This document shows, piece by piece, positions 31,201-46,495 of a stretch of 64,000 nucleotides of DNA (position 1 is its first letter; every line of letters begins with the position of its first letter). This DNA comes from the human T2T-CHM13v2.0 reference genome, Homo sapiens. Below the pieces are notes generated by a model. It was not told the origin of the DNA. It made no database searches and saw only the letters and a list, made by a program, of their open reading frames with translations. The stretch lies in the NCBI RefSeq assembly GCF_009914755.1, contig NC_060930.1; one strand, given 5' to 3'. A program made the position numbers and the translations under genes.

Positions 31201-34114
31201 AGGGGCCCTCTGATGCTCGGTGGCATTGAGGCTGAGCAGTTGTTTTTGGTTTTAGTCCATTCTGTATTTTTAGCCCCCAGCATTGCCTCCAGCCACTTGC
31301 ACTTGTTTAAGAGGATCATTTGCTACTGATGTTTGCTCGGAGCATCAGCAAGATGTGATGGTGCTGCCTTTGCTTAGCGAATAAACCCAGTTTCAAAGAA
31401 GGAAGACAAGCTGCCTTGCAAACCAGAGTCACTATGGAGGATTCCATAAGGAAGGCTCGAGCTTTCCAGAGCCAGGCTTTGTGGTGCCTCATCCCACAGC
31501 TTTGTGAAGCTGCTTACAGCAGCATCCTCACCCCTGAGGCAGAATATAGGTCTAACAAAGTAAAAGAAATGCTTCCCCGAAAGTCTGGCTCCAGTACTAA
31601 AAAAAAAGAGGGAAGGAAACCGTCTTAGCTCTGAATGTTAATGAATCTTTAAAGAATAGGAGAGCACCCCCTACACTAATGGAAGATTCCTGTATCCTCC
31701 CCACCACAGCACCACTGATACTGGCAATGATGCCAAGAAGAGCTCAGCCCAGGGACCCACTTTGCCGCCCTGCCCTCAGTGCTACTCAAACAGCCAAAGA
31801 CAAATTTGGCCAGCCCACTCATGTCTCCTCCCCATGAAAAACTGCTCATGTGTGTCGGAGCCTGGATGACTAAGTTGGGGCAGCTTTACTCCATTTGCTG
31901 CCTCCTTCTGAGTCTGTTCAGTCCTTTTCTTAGCTCGAACTATTAACGTCATCCTCTTTTTCTGCCTCTCCTTCTTCCACCCCTCTCTCCCTTCCTGGAT
32001 TCTCAAAGGGGAAAGGTAGGATGGGGGACAGGACAATAAACTAAAGAGATGGATGAGGTTGAGGATGGAGACCTATCCAATTAATTTCAGGACACTGTTA
32101 ATGCTAGCTGTATTGACAGCTTCTCCCATTGTCATCCTGGAAGAAAGTTAAAGACCTCTCTTCTTTGAGCCTAGGTTCCCTCCACTGGGAAATCAGAATG
32201 ATAACACCTATATTGCAGGGCTGCTGAGGGAATTAAATGGTATGATGAGTGCACAATGCCCTGCACGCAGTAGACATAAAATAAACAGGAACAGTTACAA
32301 TTGCTCTCTCCTCAGACAAGTCATGCAAATCAGCACCCTGTATATTATTGTTGCTTTCTCTATAACTAGCTACCACACATATCACACACAGCTCAACTTC
32401 ATTACGCAAAACAGATGCAGCAATACCCGCATCTGGCTGCCTTCAGCTGTGGCCCCCAGAGAACAGGTAAACTCTCTCTTAACAAGGCTGTGTGAGCCTC
32501 AGAGGATAAACTAAGCTTCACTATCAAAGAGAACTGACCCTTAACCTCAAATTGAAATGAAACAAGTTTTTTGGAGAGTTCAAAACATCCAGTAGCTCTC
32601 CTTTCGATTTCATAATACATTCTAGTAGTTGCAATTACAGGTTGGCTTCAGAGAGCAATGTTGTAATTCTAAGGCCAGACCATATCAATATTTCTGATCC
32701 ACCTAAAACCAAGTAAGTGCCCAAGAAAATCCTGGACCCTGTAAGATTTACAGACCAATTTTCTAAACCAAAGTGGTTTGCATAGGCTTTGGATAAGAAT
32801 CTGAAATCAAGTTTTCTTATCTAAACTAGACCACTTTAAAAGAAGAAAAAGAAGAAGATACAATATTAGATTTCCAGGGAGTGGTTTGCAGCAATACAAG
32901 ACCAAGGAAAACAATTATCTGGAAAATGAGTGTTACAAATCAACAGTTCCTACACAGAAAAGACACGACACCACATTTCATAGAGCTTGGGAGTATACAC
33001 TTGAAATAACTACTATGAAACAAAAAAAAAAATCACCAATTGAACTCAAATTGTATCATTTATTTGGACCCTGACTGCTAACTTTCAGATTATGATGAAA
33101 GGGATGTGATAAGAGGAGATACTGCCTATCTGAACCGTAACTGGGGCTGGCTGGGGTCATAAATCTGCTGGGGTGTTAACCTCCCATTACAGTCTGTACA
33201 CACCTCTCACCATGGAAGTAATGGTGGTCATGGGGCCTATCTGTCTCAGATGGAATGGAGACATGGAACTCCATTTAGCTACAGTAGAGGTCAGTGGTTT
33301 CTTGGGCATAATCTCCCCTTCCACGATTGAGTATCACAGGCCCCTAGGATGAATAGGATTTTACTGGGAGGACTAGAAGCATATTCTTAGAAGTGGAAGT
33401 AACCCACACAACTTAGAATGTTTGCCATATTAAACTGGAAAAATGAAAGTTGTGCTTGTAAGAAAAATGGAAATAAACAATAGCCGTAAATGGGAAATCG
33501 ATTTTAAATAGATTTTTCAAGTATTTCTCATCTTCGTTGACTATTGAAGGCATTCAAACATCATTTTGGTCTTCAAATTAATTTCAAACTATTGTAACAT
33601 TTGTTCATAATCTCAAAGTGGTTTCAAAAATTAGTAGATTCCCTTATTTCCCTCAGAAATGAATCTCTGACACCATTTTGAGGCAGATCCTAGAGAAATA
33701 GAATCCCAATGCACTAGGAGAAGCAGTGTGGTAAGTGGGGAATATTTAAGAGGACACCTGAATTCAACTTGCTGAAATTGTACAAAATGAATAGATAAAA
33801 ATATGGGACACTTGTCTCTCATTCACTCCCACATTCCTGCCTTCTGGAAGGGTATTGCCTCATACTCTACCATATCCCTACAGGAGAGATGTTCCTAAAG
33901 TAAGAGCTGTCCAGAGAAACCTGATTCCATTAGCAGTGCCCTGGAACACCATCTCCAAGCTTCACCTACTTTTCTCCACCCAAAAACCTTGTCTGGTTTT
34001 TCTCCTTTCTACTAGATCCTTCTCAGATAGGGAGCACCTACAATACCTGGGAGTGTGTTAGAAATGCAGACTCTCAGAACCCACCCTGAACTACCAGATA
34101 AGAATCTGCATTTT

Positions 34115-34413
34115 GGCCAGGCGCGGTGGCTCACGCCTATAATCCCAGCTCTTTGAGAGGCTGAGGCAGGCAGATCATGAGGTCAGGAGTTCGAGACCAG
34201 CCTGGCCTATATGGTGAAACCCCATCTCGACTAAAAATACAAAAATTAGCTGGCCGTGATAGTGGGCGCCTGTAGTCCCAGCTTCTTAGGAGGCTGAGGC
34301 AGAAGAATCGCTTGAACCTGGGAAGCAGAGGTTGCAGTGAGTCAAGATCGCACCACTGCACTCCAGCCTGTGCGATGGAGCCAAGACTCCAGCCCAAAGA
34401 AAAAAAAAAAAAA
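34115..34413 (+). mobile_element. AluSg-like inserted in a MER5 element
   Basis: TSD agaatctgcatttt / agaatctacatttt; MER5 flank tgttagaaatgcagactctcag. Confidence 0.92.
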
Positions 34414-35277
34414 AGAATCTACATTTTATCAGGATCCCTATGGTATTTTCTTGCACATAGAAGTTTGAGAAGCTGCCACATCATTACATTCTTCTTCTTC
34501 CTGAGCCCCTTTCCACCTGGCCCCCTGAGCCCTCCCTTTTCTTTTATTAACATCCTAAAGTTTTTCTTAGTGAGTTTGTCATGATTTCAGTCACAAGTCT
34601 TTCCCCCATTGCTATTCTGTCCCATCTCCCACAGTATATGAAGCTGTGTGTAGGAAGATGTTACTTTTATTTTCTCTTGTGCTTTTCATTATCTGTGCAT
34701 ACCCAGGTTTGCCCTGTCTTCTTCATTACACTTGAAGTTCAGCTCAAACCACATGAATTCTTTGTCTACACTGTGCCAGGCACTGTGGCAGGTGCAATGG
34801 TTACAAAGGCAGCTAAGATGTAGGACAAGGACATGTCCTCCAGGAAATGCAGTCTAGACTCTCTCTTGCCATTCATCCCAACAGCAGGCTCTCCTGTGAG
34901 CACTCCAAGGGCACCAACAACTGAGAGAAGACCTTCACCAACCAAAACTAGGCAAGACCAAGATGTGACAACAAACAAATTAGAGCTATTTAGGTAAAAA
35001 CTCATTTTTTTATTTGGAAAAGTGCCTCACTGTACTTTCTATACTTGGATTAGATGCCCAATGCTCAAAGCAGAAAGACCACCATGCACCCTCTTCAGTC
35101 CACTACGCTTTCTGGTTTCCTCCTAAGAAAACTTTGGCCAATGCATGCAAGACCCATTCAGCACTTTTACCAAAGGAACAGTAAGGAAGCGGTTGCATTC
35201 CCTAGAACCCTTGGGGTGAGATCTATCTCTTAGCCTGCTTTCACCAATATGACCAATCAATGTGTGAACATACAGTG

Positions 35278-35755
35278 CATGGTAGAGTAGAGCTGGCCAC
35301 AAATTCTGTCACTCTCCCAATAAAACTGCAGTTTATTAACTCTCTCCGTGAATCTAGGCTGTTGCTGTGACTCCCTAATGAATAAAAGTGACAGTGTGCC
35401 AGTTCCAGGCCTACATCTTAAGAATGTCTGGCAACTTCCCCTTTGCTCTTTTGAGAGCACTGAGCTGCCATTTGGGTAATCTGACACCCTTGGTGGAGAG
35501 ACCCCATGGAGAAGAAAGGCCAGCAGCTACATGGAGAAGGAGAGAGGTGCAGCCCTCCTAGCATCCCAGTCCAGCCTTCAGACAACTCCAGTTCCACTCC
35601 CCATCTGGTTGCAGCCACATGAGAGATTCCAAGCAACTAAGCAGAACCACACTGCTGAGCCCAGTCAACCTATAAAACCAATGAGAATTGATAGAATGGT
35701 TCTTCTTTTAATCCCCTAAGCTTTGGGTGCTTCATTACACATCAATAAATAATGT
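35278..35755 (+). mobile_element. MLT1H-like solo LTR
   Basis: ggccacaaattctgtcactctccc..gctgagcccagtcaacc. Confidence 0.7.
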
Positions 35756-37329
35756 ATTGAAGTAATAAACTTCTGGTAAGTCAGAAATGGCCTTGGGATC
35801 TCCAGAAGATCAGCCTACCTATCAGAAATCTATCTTATGTGAAAGAAAACAACCAACACTTCCAGATGGTCAGCCTTCAGTCTATTGCTGTGCCTGCTGC
35901 AGTCCCAGTGCATGTGGAATAAACACTCTAAAACTTACTAAAAGAGGATGACTGATAAAGGACAGGGAAGTCAGGGTCCAGCTACACTTGCTTCAGAGTG
36001 AACATGACTACTGCTTTCAGATGTGACCAGCCAACTGTCAGCCAGCTGAGGTAATCTGCCCTGTGAACTATGTCACCTTCATCAACGTTGAACCTCAACT
36101 GTGTCACTCCACTCAAGAGAAGGAAAGACTGTGCAAGAACCTGCGTAGGCTACTTGTAGACATGCCAATGTCTGATGAGGGATCAGGAGTTTTCAGTGAA
36201 GAGTGTTGGACCTCCCAGAATCAAAAAGCCCTAGCAATTTGTTTCTGATCATTAAGTGTGTCCACCCATCAGATCATATTCCTCCACTCACCTCTCAACG
36301 CTAAAGGAAAAGCAACACACCCACGACCTGATCAACTATACAATCATTGCTCATTAGGTCTCAAAGGGCAGTTAGGTGAGTGCAGCGTGGACCAACCTGA
36401 GGCTGATGAACTAGAGATGCTGGATAATGAAGTCAGCAACGTGCAGCCAATCAGCATCCCACCATTCAGAGTTCAACATAAAGCCCTGCAAAAGAGAAAG
36501 GTCAACAAGAGGCTCATGGTGTCCCAGCAGCTTTCTCATGTGACAGCATGTGGAGATAATTTACCTGAATCATTGGCTGCAAAATAGTCAGCACCCAATC
36601 TGTGGTTGGCAATGCCCTGGAAAAAATACATATGAAAACTTACATCGAGATATAATCGGCCAAAATTAGGGGAGTAATTAAAGTACTTAGGGTATATTTA
36701 TGTGAAACTTAATGTTGCCATTAAAAATTATGCTAAGGAAGAATATTGATGAATGGTAAATGCTCATAATATAACACTTTCTAGCTAAGTAATCTTGGAC
36801 ACATAACTTCAGCTGTCTGTGCCTCTGTTTCCTCATCTATAAGTGAAGATAACACCACCATATTTAATTAACTTTAACATGCATATTTTCTCACATCTTA
36901 ACATCTCTAGGGAAGAAACAAATTATAATTTATAGTGACTTAAAATTAGGGGGTAGTGTTTTCTTCTTTATTTCTTATTGTACATAAGATGCTCTAAGGT
37001 GATGCATCTTAGAACCCACAGCATCTTACACTTGATGAAAAGGTAGGATCTACTGTATTAGGTTGTTGTGATGATTAACAGAGTTGAAATAGATGGACAA
37101 ACCTGAAACTGTGTGTCACAAGAGGCAAGCACTCAAAAAAATTAGCTGTTATCACTGTTATCAAATGAAAGCTCCCTTGCACACATGTACTCACCTTAAC
37201 AGGAACAGTCAGCTGCCTGCTTGAGAGGGCTGAGCAATGCTGATAGGCAATCCCACCTAAAACAAATGTACACCTCTCTTTATTTTGGTGCCTGGATTTC
37301 GCATCACCCAACCCTTTCCATCCACAAAA

Positions 37330-37535
37330 GCACGGCTTCCCAACTCTGGTTGCACAGAGGAATCACCTGAGGAGTTTTTGAAGTGCCAGTGGCTGGGACA
37401 CCTCCCTCACCCAAACACACAGACACACACACACAAATTCTGATTTAATTGGCCTGGGACAAGGCCCTGGCACTGGGATATTTAAAAGCTCCCTAGGTGA
37501 TTCTGATGTATACCCAAATTGGAAAGTCACTGCAG
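37330..37535. mobile_element. MER5-family MITE containing a short (CA)n
   Basis: gaatcacctgaggag..aaagctccctaggtgattctgatgt. Confidence 0.7.
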
Positions 37536-37589
37536 TAAATTACAAGGTCTTCGAGACGAAAGGTTTTCCCAGGAAGAAAACCAATATAA

Positions 37590-37800
37590 TGGCACAGTAG
37601 GGTCCTGGAGTCAGACAGATCTGGATTCAAATCCCTGCTCCTCCCCTCGACTAGCTAAGTGACAAATTGCTTAACTTCTCACAGTCTCAATTTCTTCATC
37701 ATCAAATTGAGAATAAAACCAACCTCATAGGGTTGTTTTGGGGATTCATAAAATGTCAACAAATGAGCTAAGAATATACATTTAATAAGTAAGTTATTAG
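37590..37800 (+). mobile_element. MIR
   Basis: ctggagtcagacagatctggattcaaatccc..ctcaatttcttcatc. Confidence 0.75.
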
Positions 37801-38470
37801 TACCATTTTGCAGCCTTTTTGGCACCTACCTGGTGACTTGCCAGTGGAGGTACTTAATAAATATTTGTTGATTTGAATTGGGACACTAGAGGAAGACTCT
37901 TTCTCGAGAGAGAAGGACATACAGAAGAGGTCATCAAAGGATCGCAGGTAAAGGCCAATCCCAATTCAGTCTAGACCACACTTGGTAGGAACACATCCTT
38001 CATCAACAGGGCAGCATTCAGCTCCAGGGACCTCTACCCTCAAGACATCCTCTCCATGTTCAGGCTCCTGGGTAGGTAAACTGACAATTGACCAGCATTT
38101 GATAATCCAGTCAGAGGCGCAATCTGAGGGGTTTTTACAAACAAGGGATGTTGAAACAAAAAAATATATAAATACTCGACTAAATGCAGGGATCGATGTT
38201 CCTTGGGAATAAACCCATACCTTAAAAGCTGAGTGGACAGAAAGGCACCATTCCCATAGGCCTTTCTATCCTGCATGCCTGGGCCAGACCACCAGCCAGG
38301 ACTTGCCATGCTCCTGCAGTAAGCTGTACTAACAAGGATTCTCAGGGAAATGAAACCAGGTCCCATTCCTCACATCAGCATCAAATTTTTATTTCTTGAC
38401 TAAACAGAAGCTCTGTGGCAGAGAAGCAAAATGACTTTTAAAAAGAAGCAAAATTAGAATGGAAATCATT

Positions 38471-38489
38471 TGCTGCCCTCTTGTGGGTG
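38471..38489 (-). promoter_or_regulatory. Candidate CTCF binding motif
   Basis: Minus strand reads CCACAAGAGGGCAGCA, close to the core CCACYAGRGGGCRC; lies in apparently unique sequence. Confidence 0.55.
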
Positions 38490-39571
38490 CCTTGGTATCC
38501 CGTCTTGCTGCTTGCCAAGGGAAGTCTGGGTTATCTCCTTAGCCTTGGAAGAAATGGTGAAGGAGAAGCAACAAAAGGCAAAACTTGTCATAGTGCTTAT
38601 AATTTTCTTGTGGTACAAATCTGAATTTGGGCTCCTGGCTTAACGCTGCACCATCCAGGGGTGGTGGGAGGTAGGAGAGAGCTAGTAAGATGACGTATTC
38701 CAAGACCAATCCTTAGGGTTACATCTCCTCTAGAGAAGAGGAGGTCAGGGGCTCAGGCCAATTATGAAATCTTGGACCAGATCAACTGTGAAACCAAACC
38801 AGACTTCACGGAGCAGGAGGTGAGGCTGATTCACAGCGAAGGTGGCCTGAGCTGGGAGCAGGTGCTGTGCCCCAAATTGCAGCTCAAGTTCTGTCCACAG
38901 TGGACTGAGCTAGACTTTAGCCCATCAGGAGCTAAGCGAATTGCTTTTGTCTTTAGGAATGTTGAAAGATACTCTCCCTAGCTTGGAATAGATCCAAAAT
39001 GTGTGTTGAAGTCACAGTCCCTCTAGAGATCACCCTGTGCTAATGAAAGATTTAAGATTTCCCTGTTAGCTGCCACATCATTTGCAACTTAACTAGTGAC
39101 AGAAAAATGAACCTAAATGGATTTTTTAAATTATTACATTCTTAATATATACATGAAATTTCAGCAATCTTACAGAAATGTAACCACATATTCTAATAAT
39201 CTAAGAAAAGAGGGGAGCCTTAATAAAATATTATTTAATTTACTATTATCTTTGTATTGATATATCATAATACAAAGTCTACTAATACTATTGCTGGAGT
39301 AGTGGTTTTAAAGTAGCATTCATTCTGATCCCATGAGCATTCACAATAGAAAAGCCTGTTTTATGAGCATCCTCTATCCTAAGATAGTAGTTTTCATTCT
39401 AAGGCTGGTCCATGCAGAAATCAAGCAATGAATTTATTTTTTCCTTACTTGATTGACCTAGCATTGCACAGATACAGCTTCATATTAATGATTCCTCAAA
39501 TGAAGATTCGTTAAACATATACCTGACTGCATCACTCATCTACTTGGAAGCTCCCATGGCCTCCATATTCC

Positions 39572-39765
39572 AGAATGGCACTGTCTGATATTGTAGCCAC
39601 TAGCCATGTTTGTCTAAATTTATATTTTAATGCACTAAAATTAAAGTTTCCTCATTGCACCAGTCACTAGGCCCTTTATTGTTCAGTAGCTACATGTGGC
39701 TACTGTATTAGTGCAACTGTTGAACATTTCCAAGATTACATAAATTGCTCTTAAATATAGGATAC
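39572..39765. mobile_element. MER3/MER33-like hAT MITE within an L2 remnant
   Basis: gtagccactagccatg..agtagctacatgtggcta internal inverted motifs. Confidence 0.65.
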
Positions 39766-40809
39766 TGATGAAAATCCTCAGCAAAACAAACAAAGCCCTT
39801 TACAGCCTGGTCCCAAATGCCTTACTCTCGTCTCTGGCCTCTTTCTCCAAATATCCCCACTACATGGCTCCCAATCCCATTGCTGCCACTGATCTCCCCG
39901 GGATGTCTCCCCTCTACTTCCTACCCCACTACCTGAGATCTGCTTACTCATCCTGTAAGACCCAGGTTCCTTAAATACCACCTCCTCCCTGCAGCTTTCC
40001 ATAACTCACTTTCTCTCACCACAAAACTATAAGGTTAATTGGTCTCTTGTAATTTCACAGCTGTTTTTTTAATAAAATATGTATTACTTGTTAATTGTTC
40101 TTAACAATATATTTTACTAATATATTTTGTTATAAAATATTTTATCTTTTATTAATATTATTCAGAAATTTGGGGAACTATTACTTTTAAAAATAAATGT
40201 AAGCTTTGATTTCACCCATGTTTGAAATAGAGCTCTCAGAAAACACCTCCTGTATCTTCAGGGTCATAGTGAACTGGGAGAAAGAAAATCGAACTGGGGA
40301 GTAGGAAGCCTGGGGTCAAATCCTGGCTCTGACCTAACTAGCTGTGTAATCTGAGGCAAGTCACTAACCCTCTCAGGTTTCTCATTTATCACGTGGGGAT
40401 TTAGGTCTGGCAATTTCTGAGTTCTTCTAGGACCTATGTCTAAGCAAGGAGCCAATGCAAGAATGATGGGCAACACAGGTGAAATTGGAGAATCAGAACA
40501 CCCCTCTCTTTGTAATGAAGCTTCAGGAAACTAAACCTAAATGTCTACTTATTCTCCCCCAACTCATACCAAACTAGAAAACTCCAAGAGCTGTTGCCTC
40601 AGTCAAGCCACCAGAGCCACTAGATTCTTACAGCCAAATCAAGATTTACCACTCAGTAGCAATCTACCTAGGGCTGGGCTCTCAGATTTGCTGTCTTTAT
40701 GATTAACTTGCAAATACTAGAATTATTGGAGGCATTTAAAGGTACTAAAAAACTTGAATGCTACGAAAGTCAAATATCCTTAGCCTTCCGCATCTATTGA
40801 TCTGGATGT

Positions 40810-41110
40810 CTCCTGACATGTTGAGGGCTCAGCTCAAATGTCATCTTTTCAGAAGGGCTTTCCCTGATGTGCACCAGCCCCAGTCAGTCTTCTTCACACT
40901 ACCTTGTTTAGTATTCTTTGTAACACTTATCATTATCTGAAATTATCTTTCCTGTTTGTTTCCTTGTTTATCGTGCCATAGACACACTACAAAAAGCTCC
41001 AGCAGGGCAGAACTATGCCTATCTTATTCACCAAGTTTTCCCTAGCACCTAGAACGATGACTGGTACATAGTAAACACATAAAAAATATTTGATGAGGGA
41101 ACGAACAAAT
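40810..41110 (+). mobile_element. L2 3' end
   Basis: ctcagctcaaatgtcatc..tagcacctagaac..ctggtacatagtaaac. Confidence 0.7.
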
Positions 41111-42089
41111 GAGGTCAGCAACATAGTGGCAGGACCACTCCTACAGTATAATCAAGTTTTGCAGTGTAATTAAACCTCTCGCTATTCCCTTGGTTGCTCC
41201 TCAGCACTGGGTAGCTATTGAAGAAAATCTCCTTACTGCCCTGATCTTGCTCTTGTCTGTACTAATAAAACTATATTCTCATATATTCCAGTAAACACCC
41301 TTTCTTCCTTTGGCATTCTCTTTATACTATGCCATGTCTTTATTAGGAATCATTAAGGGTGAGTAGCTTATAACATGTACCCTTCACTGGGAAGTCTAGA
41401 ATGCAGGAGCTGGGTCCCAGGGGTTCTGTGTATGCATAACAAAACCTTGAACTTCTGACTACATGAGCCACAGCAAAGTGGGACTTCCAAAAGTGGAGAG
41501 CTCCAGGGACCTCCAAGGCAGCTCCAGGGACCCCAATGACACCCAAGTTGGATCAATCAGATTCTTTCACCAAGAATTTTGAAAGGTAGAATGGAAAGAC
41601 CTAGGAGCTGGCAGTCACCAATCTCTAGAAAATGTCACAAACACTTAGCACCAAATTGCCCATTTCAAGGTTTGATTATCCCATTCTTCCTTTAGCTTTG
41701 TGAAATAAGACAGAGTTCTCCCAGTTGACTACTATGGCTTATAATCAAATGAATCTTAATTGACACAAGACGGGGTGTACTCCATTCCACTCTGCAGCAC
41801 ATGACTCTGTCACTGAATATTTTATCTGGAAGATATCAGGAACAGCATGGATACTTAATTGTAGCAAACATAAATTTACACATTGATCAAAGGTGGTTGT
41901 TCACCAGTAGGACGATGTCAATACGCTGTAAAGTACAGGAACTCAAGTGAAATCAGCAGCCTAGAAAGAGCCCAGGTTGCTGGAGGAAATGGCACAAAAC
42001 CAAAATGACCAAATTTTATAGGAATACCTATTAAAACCCAAATTAATGTTATAATCATCTACATAATCAAATAAGAAGAGCTGGAAAGA

Positions 42090-42481
<392 letters not shown>

Positions 42482-42559
42482 CTATATGAGCACAACACGA
42501 TGAGCATTATTAAAATGATAGAACTCCCAGATCATGATAGGTAATGATTCTACAGTCTG

Positions 42560-42850
42560 TGTAGATTAAATATTATTTGAAGTATTGTGCCTGATTTGTT
42601 GTCATCCTACAAAGATGACACTGGCTAGGGATCATCCAGCGAGGCCTCTAAAGTGATGAGAAATGTGTAAACCATGTGACATGAGGTACCATTAACAGAA
42701 CTTGGAGGTGTTTGGCCTAGAGAAGGAAAGGCTTCGGAGTCTAATTACTTCTTCACATATTTAAAGAACAAGCACATAAAAGAATGTGTTCACTGTAACT
42801 CTGGAGGACAGAAGCAGGATCCTGGAAGAAAATTACAGGGAAGCAGAATT
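42560..42850 (+). mobile_element. L3/CR1 remnant
   Basis: gaacttggaggtgtttggcctagagaaggaaaggctt resembles the CR1 RT C-terminus (ELGLFSLEKRRL). Confidence 0.55.
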
Positions 42851-43506
42851 GTTTTTAATAATTTCAACTTTTATTTTAGATTCATGGGGGAATGTGCAGG
42901 TTTGTTACCTGGGTATATTGCATGATGCTGAGGTTTGGGTTACAATTAATCCCATCACCCAGGTACTAAGCATAGTACCCAGTAGTTTTTCAGGCCTTGC
43001 TCCCTCCCTTTTTCCTTCACTCTAGTAGTCCCCAGTGTCTATTGTTCCCATCTTCATGTCCATGAGTATCCACTGCTTAGCTCCCACTTATAAGTGATAA
43101 CACACAGTATTTGGTTTTCTGCTCCTGTATTAATTCTCTTAGGATCATGGCCTCCAGCTGCATCCATGTTGTCACAAAAGATATGATTTTGTTCCTTTTT
43201 ATGGCTGTGTAGTATTCCATTGTGTGTATGTACCACATTTTCTTTATCCACTCCACCATTGACGGGCACCTAGTTTGATTCCATGTCTTTGCTATTGTGA
43301 ATAGTGCTGCAATGAACATACACATGCATGTGTCTTTTTGGTAGAACAATTTATTTCTTTTGAATATATACACAGTAATGAATGGGATTGCTGGGTGAAA
43401 TGGTAGTTCTATCTTAAGTTCATTGAGAAATTGCTGAACTGCTTTCCATAGTAACTGAACTAATTACATTCCCATCAGTGGTGTATAAGCATGCCCTTTT
43501 CTCCAT
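42851..43506 (-). mobile_element. L1PA15/16-like 3' fragment
   Basis: MFIAALFTIAKTWNQ homology; TSD-like agggaagcagaa / agggaggcagaa. Confidence 0.88.
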
Positions 43507-46171
43507 AGGGAGGCAGAACATAACCTAAAGAATAGCTTGCTTTCACAGTTCTCCAATAATGTAATAATGCACCTAACCAAGAAGTGGGTTGCCCTCCCTG
43601 GAGGTATCCTCCAACAGTCTAACTATTTAAGGAAAGTGTTTCTGTGTTAGATAACATACAGTCTCTTTCAGTACTAAGACATACTGCTTTTTTGCTCATG
43701 GTCCAGGTGACTTGAACAAATAACTTAATTTCTTTTGGGCTTTTCAGCCTCACCTATAAGAGAAGGCTAATTAGATAATTCGAGGTCTCTCGCATTGCAG
43801 AAATCTGTAACTTACAACAGAGAGGGAACAGAACATCTGGGGTGGAGAAAGGGTAGACTCAGAGAGCAAGAAAGAAGAGGGAGTGGGGAAAGGAATCTGC
43901 AATTTGACAAAAAAAAAAGGAGAGGCTGATCAAAGACCAGGGTAAATAGCAGTTTTCAAGAGGGAAGAAAAAGCATAAACAGAGTCATGTAGCAAGAGAG
44001 AAAAAAAAAGGAATCATAAAGAAGAAACAGAAAGGTCAAAAGGGAATGGTGTTCTGCCTTTCCCCAGCCCTTGCTGGATCTATTTAATAGCTCCATCCCT
44101 GCCTTCTTTATTGTTCAGCTATTTTGATAAATTTCAACTGGCATTAATGTAAAGCATATGGATAATACCATAGTTTTAACTCCCAATTCAATTTTATTAC
44201 TAAAGGTGTCTTTTTTTCCAAACAAGAATTTCTCTGAGACTCATTGCATTTTCCCTTTACATTCATCACATATTAAAGGTTTCCAGAAGCCCCTAAATTT
44301 CCCATTTATGCTGATGTTCCCATTTGGTATGCTGAAGGTACTTCATTGCCATTCGTTATGAATGAGCTGCAACAGTATTGCAGCAGTGCTCAGCAAACAG
44401 CTCCTGACTTTCAGGTGTCGTTACATGCAAGTTAAACTAAATGGATGAATTTTTAGCAGGAATAATGTAGTTCATGTTGACATTATTCACAGCTTTCCCA
44501 AGAAGACAGGTATTAATCAGAAAACACTCACGTAGGTCTCAGTATATAAATATTTGGGTGTCTGGCTAAACAGTGCCCTAACCTTTAAAAGGCATATAGA
44601 CCTTATGCTTTAAATAGGATCATCAGTATAAAGGGCAATTTAGGACAAATAAAAGGAAGAACTTCCTTGCACAGGAGTATGGGTGTATATGGAACCTATT
44701 ATTTCAAAAGTTTGTACAGCATAAAAATAAAAATAAGCCCAAGAAGGATTTAGGTGGGTCAGTAATTACAAAGTTCTGTGAATTCTTCCTTCAAAATCAC
44801 TCATCTATTTGCCTTTTCCATTCTATTTTCACTATCCTCACCTTGAACACTGTATATTTATTGAATCCTCCAAGAAAATATTTTTAAATGCAAGAAAAGT
44901 ATATTTTCTGAAAATGTATAATCTCAAAAGTGGATGCGATATAAAACAAGAGATGAATAGAAAATGACATAGGCACATGCTAGTTGCTAAGGGAAGAGAT
45001 AAACAATAATTGCTTCAAACCTTAAGAAGAAGGGACTATTTCTCAGGGCAGGAAGACTTCCTGAAGAAGGATAAACTTGATATGCCACACTGCATGGGAT
45101 GAGCACAGATAAGCAGACAAGATGGAAACCCCGCAAGCCAAGACACGAAGGCAACCAAGAGTATGACCCAATTTGACTAAATCAGTTGTCTGGATGGAGA
45201 ATGGAGTTCAAGTGAGGAAACTTCACATAGAAGAGCAGGAGAATGAGATCTTTAGGAACAGGATATTAGAAGTCTTTGATAAGCAGGCTAAAGAATTGAG
45301 ACTATTCTGTAATGGTGAGGAGCCATCAAAAATGTCTGAGCAGGAGGTTCTGCCAAGGAGCAATAAGGACCCAAGTTGAGAGCAACAATGTGGAAAGAAA
45401 CGAAGAAATTTATAGGACAGTCTGCTCTTCCCTTCTAATGCACACTTCTGCTGGATTAATCCTCCTTTATCAACTTACTAATCTTCCACTCAAAAGACCT
45501 CATTGCATACCATACACAGTCCAAACTCCTCTTCTTAGTATCCACTATACATTGCCATCTTGCACAGATCTATTTATAAAGTCAGTTGCCACTTACGACA
45601 TGACACTTCCACTGCATTCAACCAATCAGTTGACTATATCCAGCATACATATAGTTTATTATTAACAAGGTCACCCACTGTGCCCTGCGCTGTGCTACAT
45701 GTGAAAATGAAAGAATGATAAAATAGAGACTATTCTTGAAGACCCAAATCTAATGGAATCCCTCTTCTACTGCTTTTTGCCTGAACACTATTCATTCATC
45801 TAGAAGCAGATCCACATCTTCCCCAGGGCCACTGATGATCACACTTACCTACACTGCCCTCACTTACTCTGAAATCATCTGTACCTATAATCTTTTCCAT
45901 TTATTTTATAATTTTATATTTATAATAATGTATAATTGTATTTTATTAATCATTTCTGATTTTAACATATCAAAAAATTATCACTTTTTAAAAACAGATT
46001 CAACACCTAAGATTGGTTTTTGTTCACATTCCCTGCAATTTGCACATGCTGTCATCAGGATGCAATAGTGTGCCAGGGGTACAACAGCAACCAGACTTTA
46101 AAAGCATAAATTTCTATTTTTATAAGTTTTAGATTAGCCCTAATGTTATAAACAAGTATAATTAAAACGGA

Positions 46172-46495
<324 letters not shown>

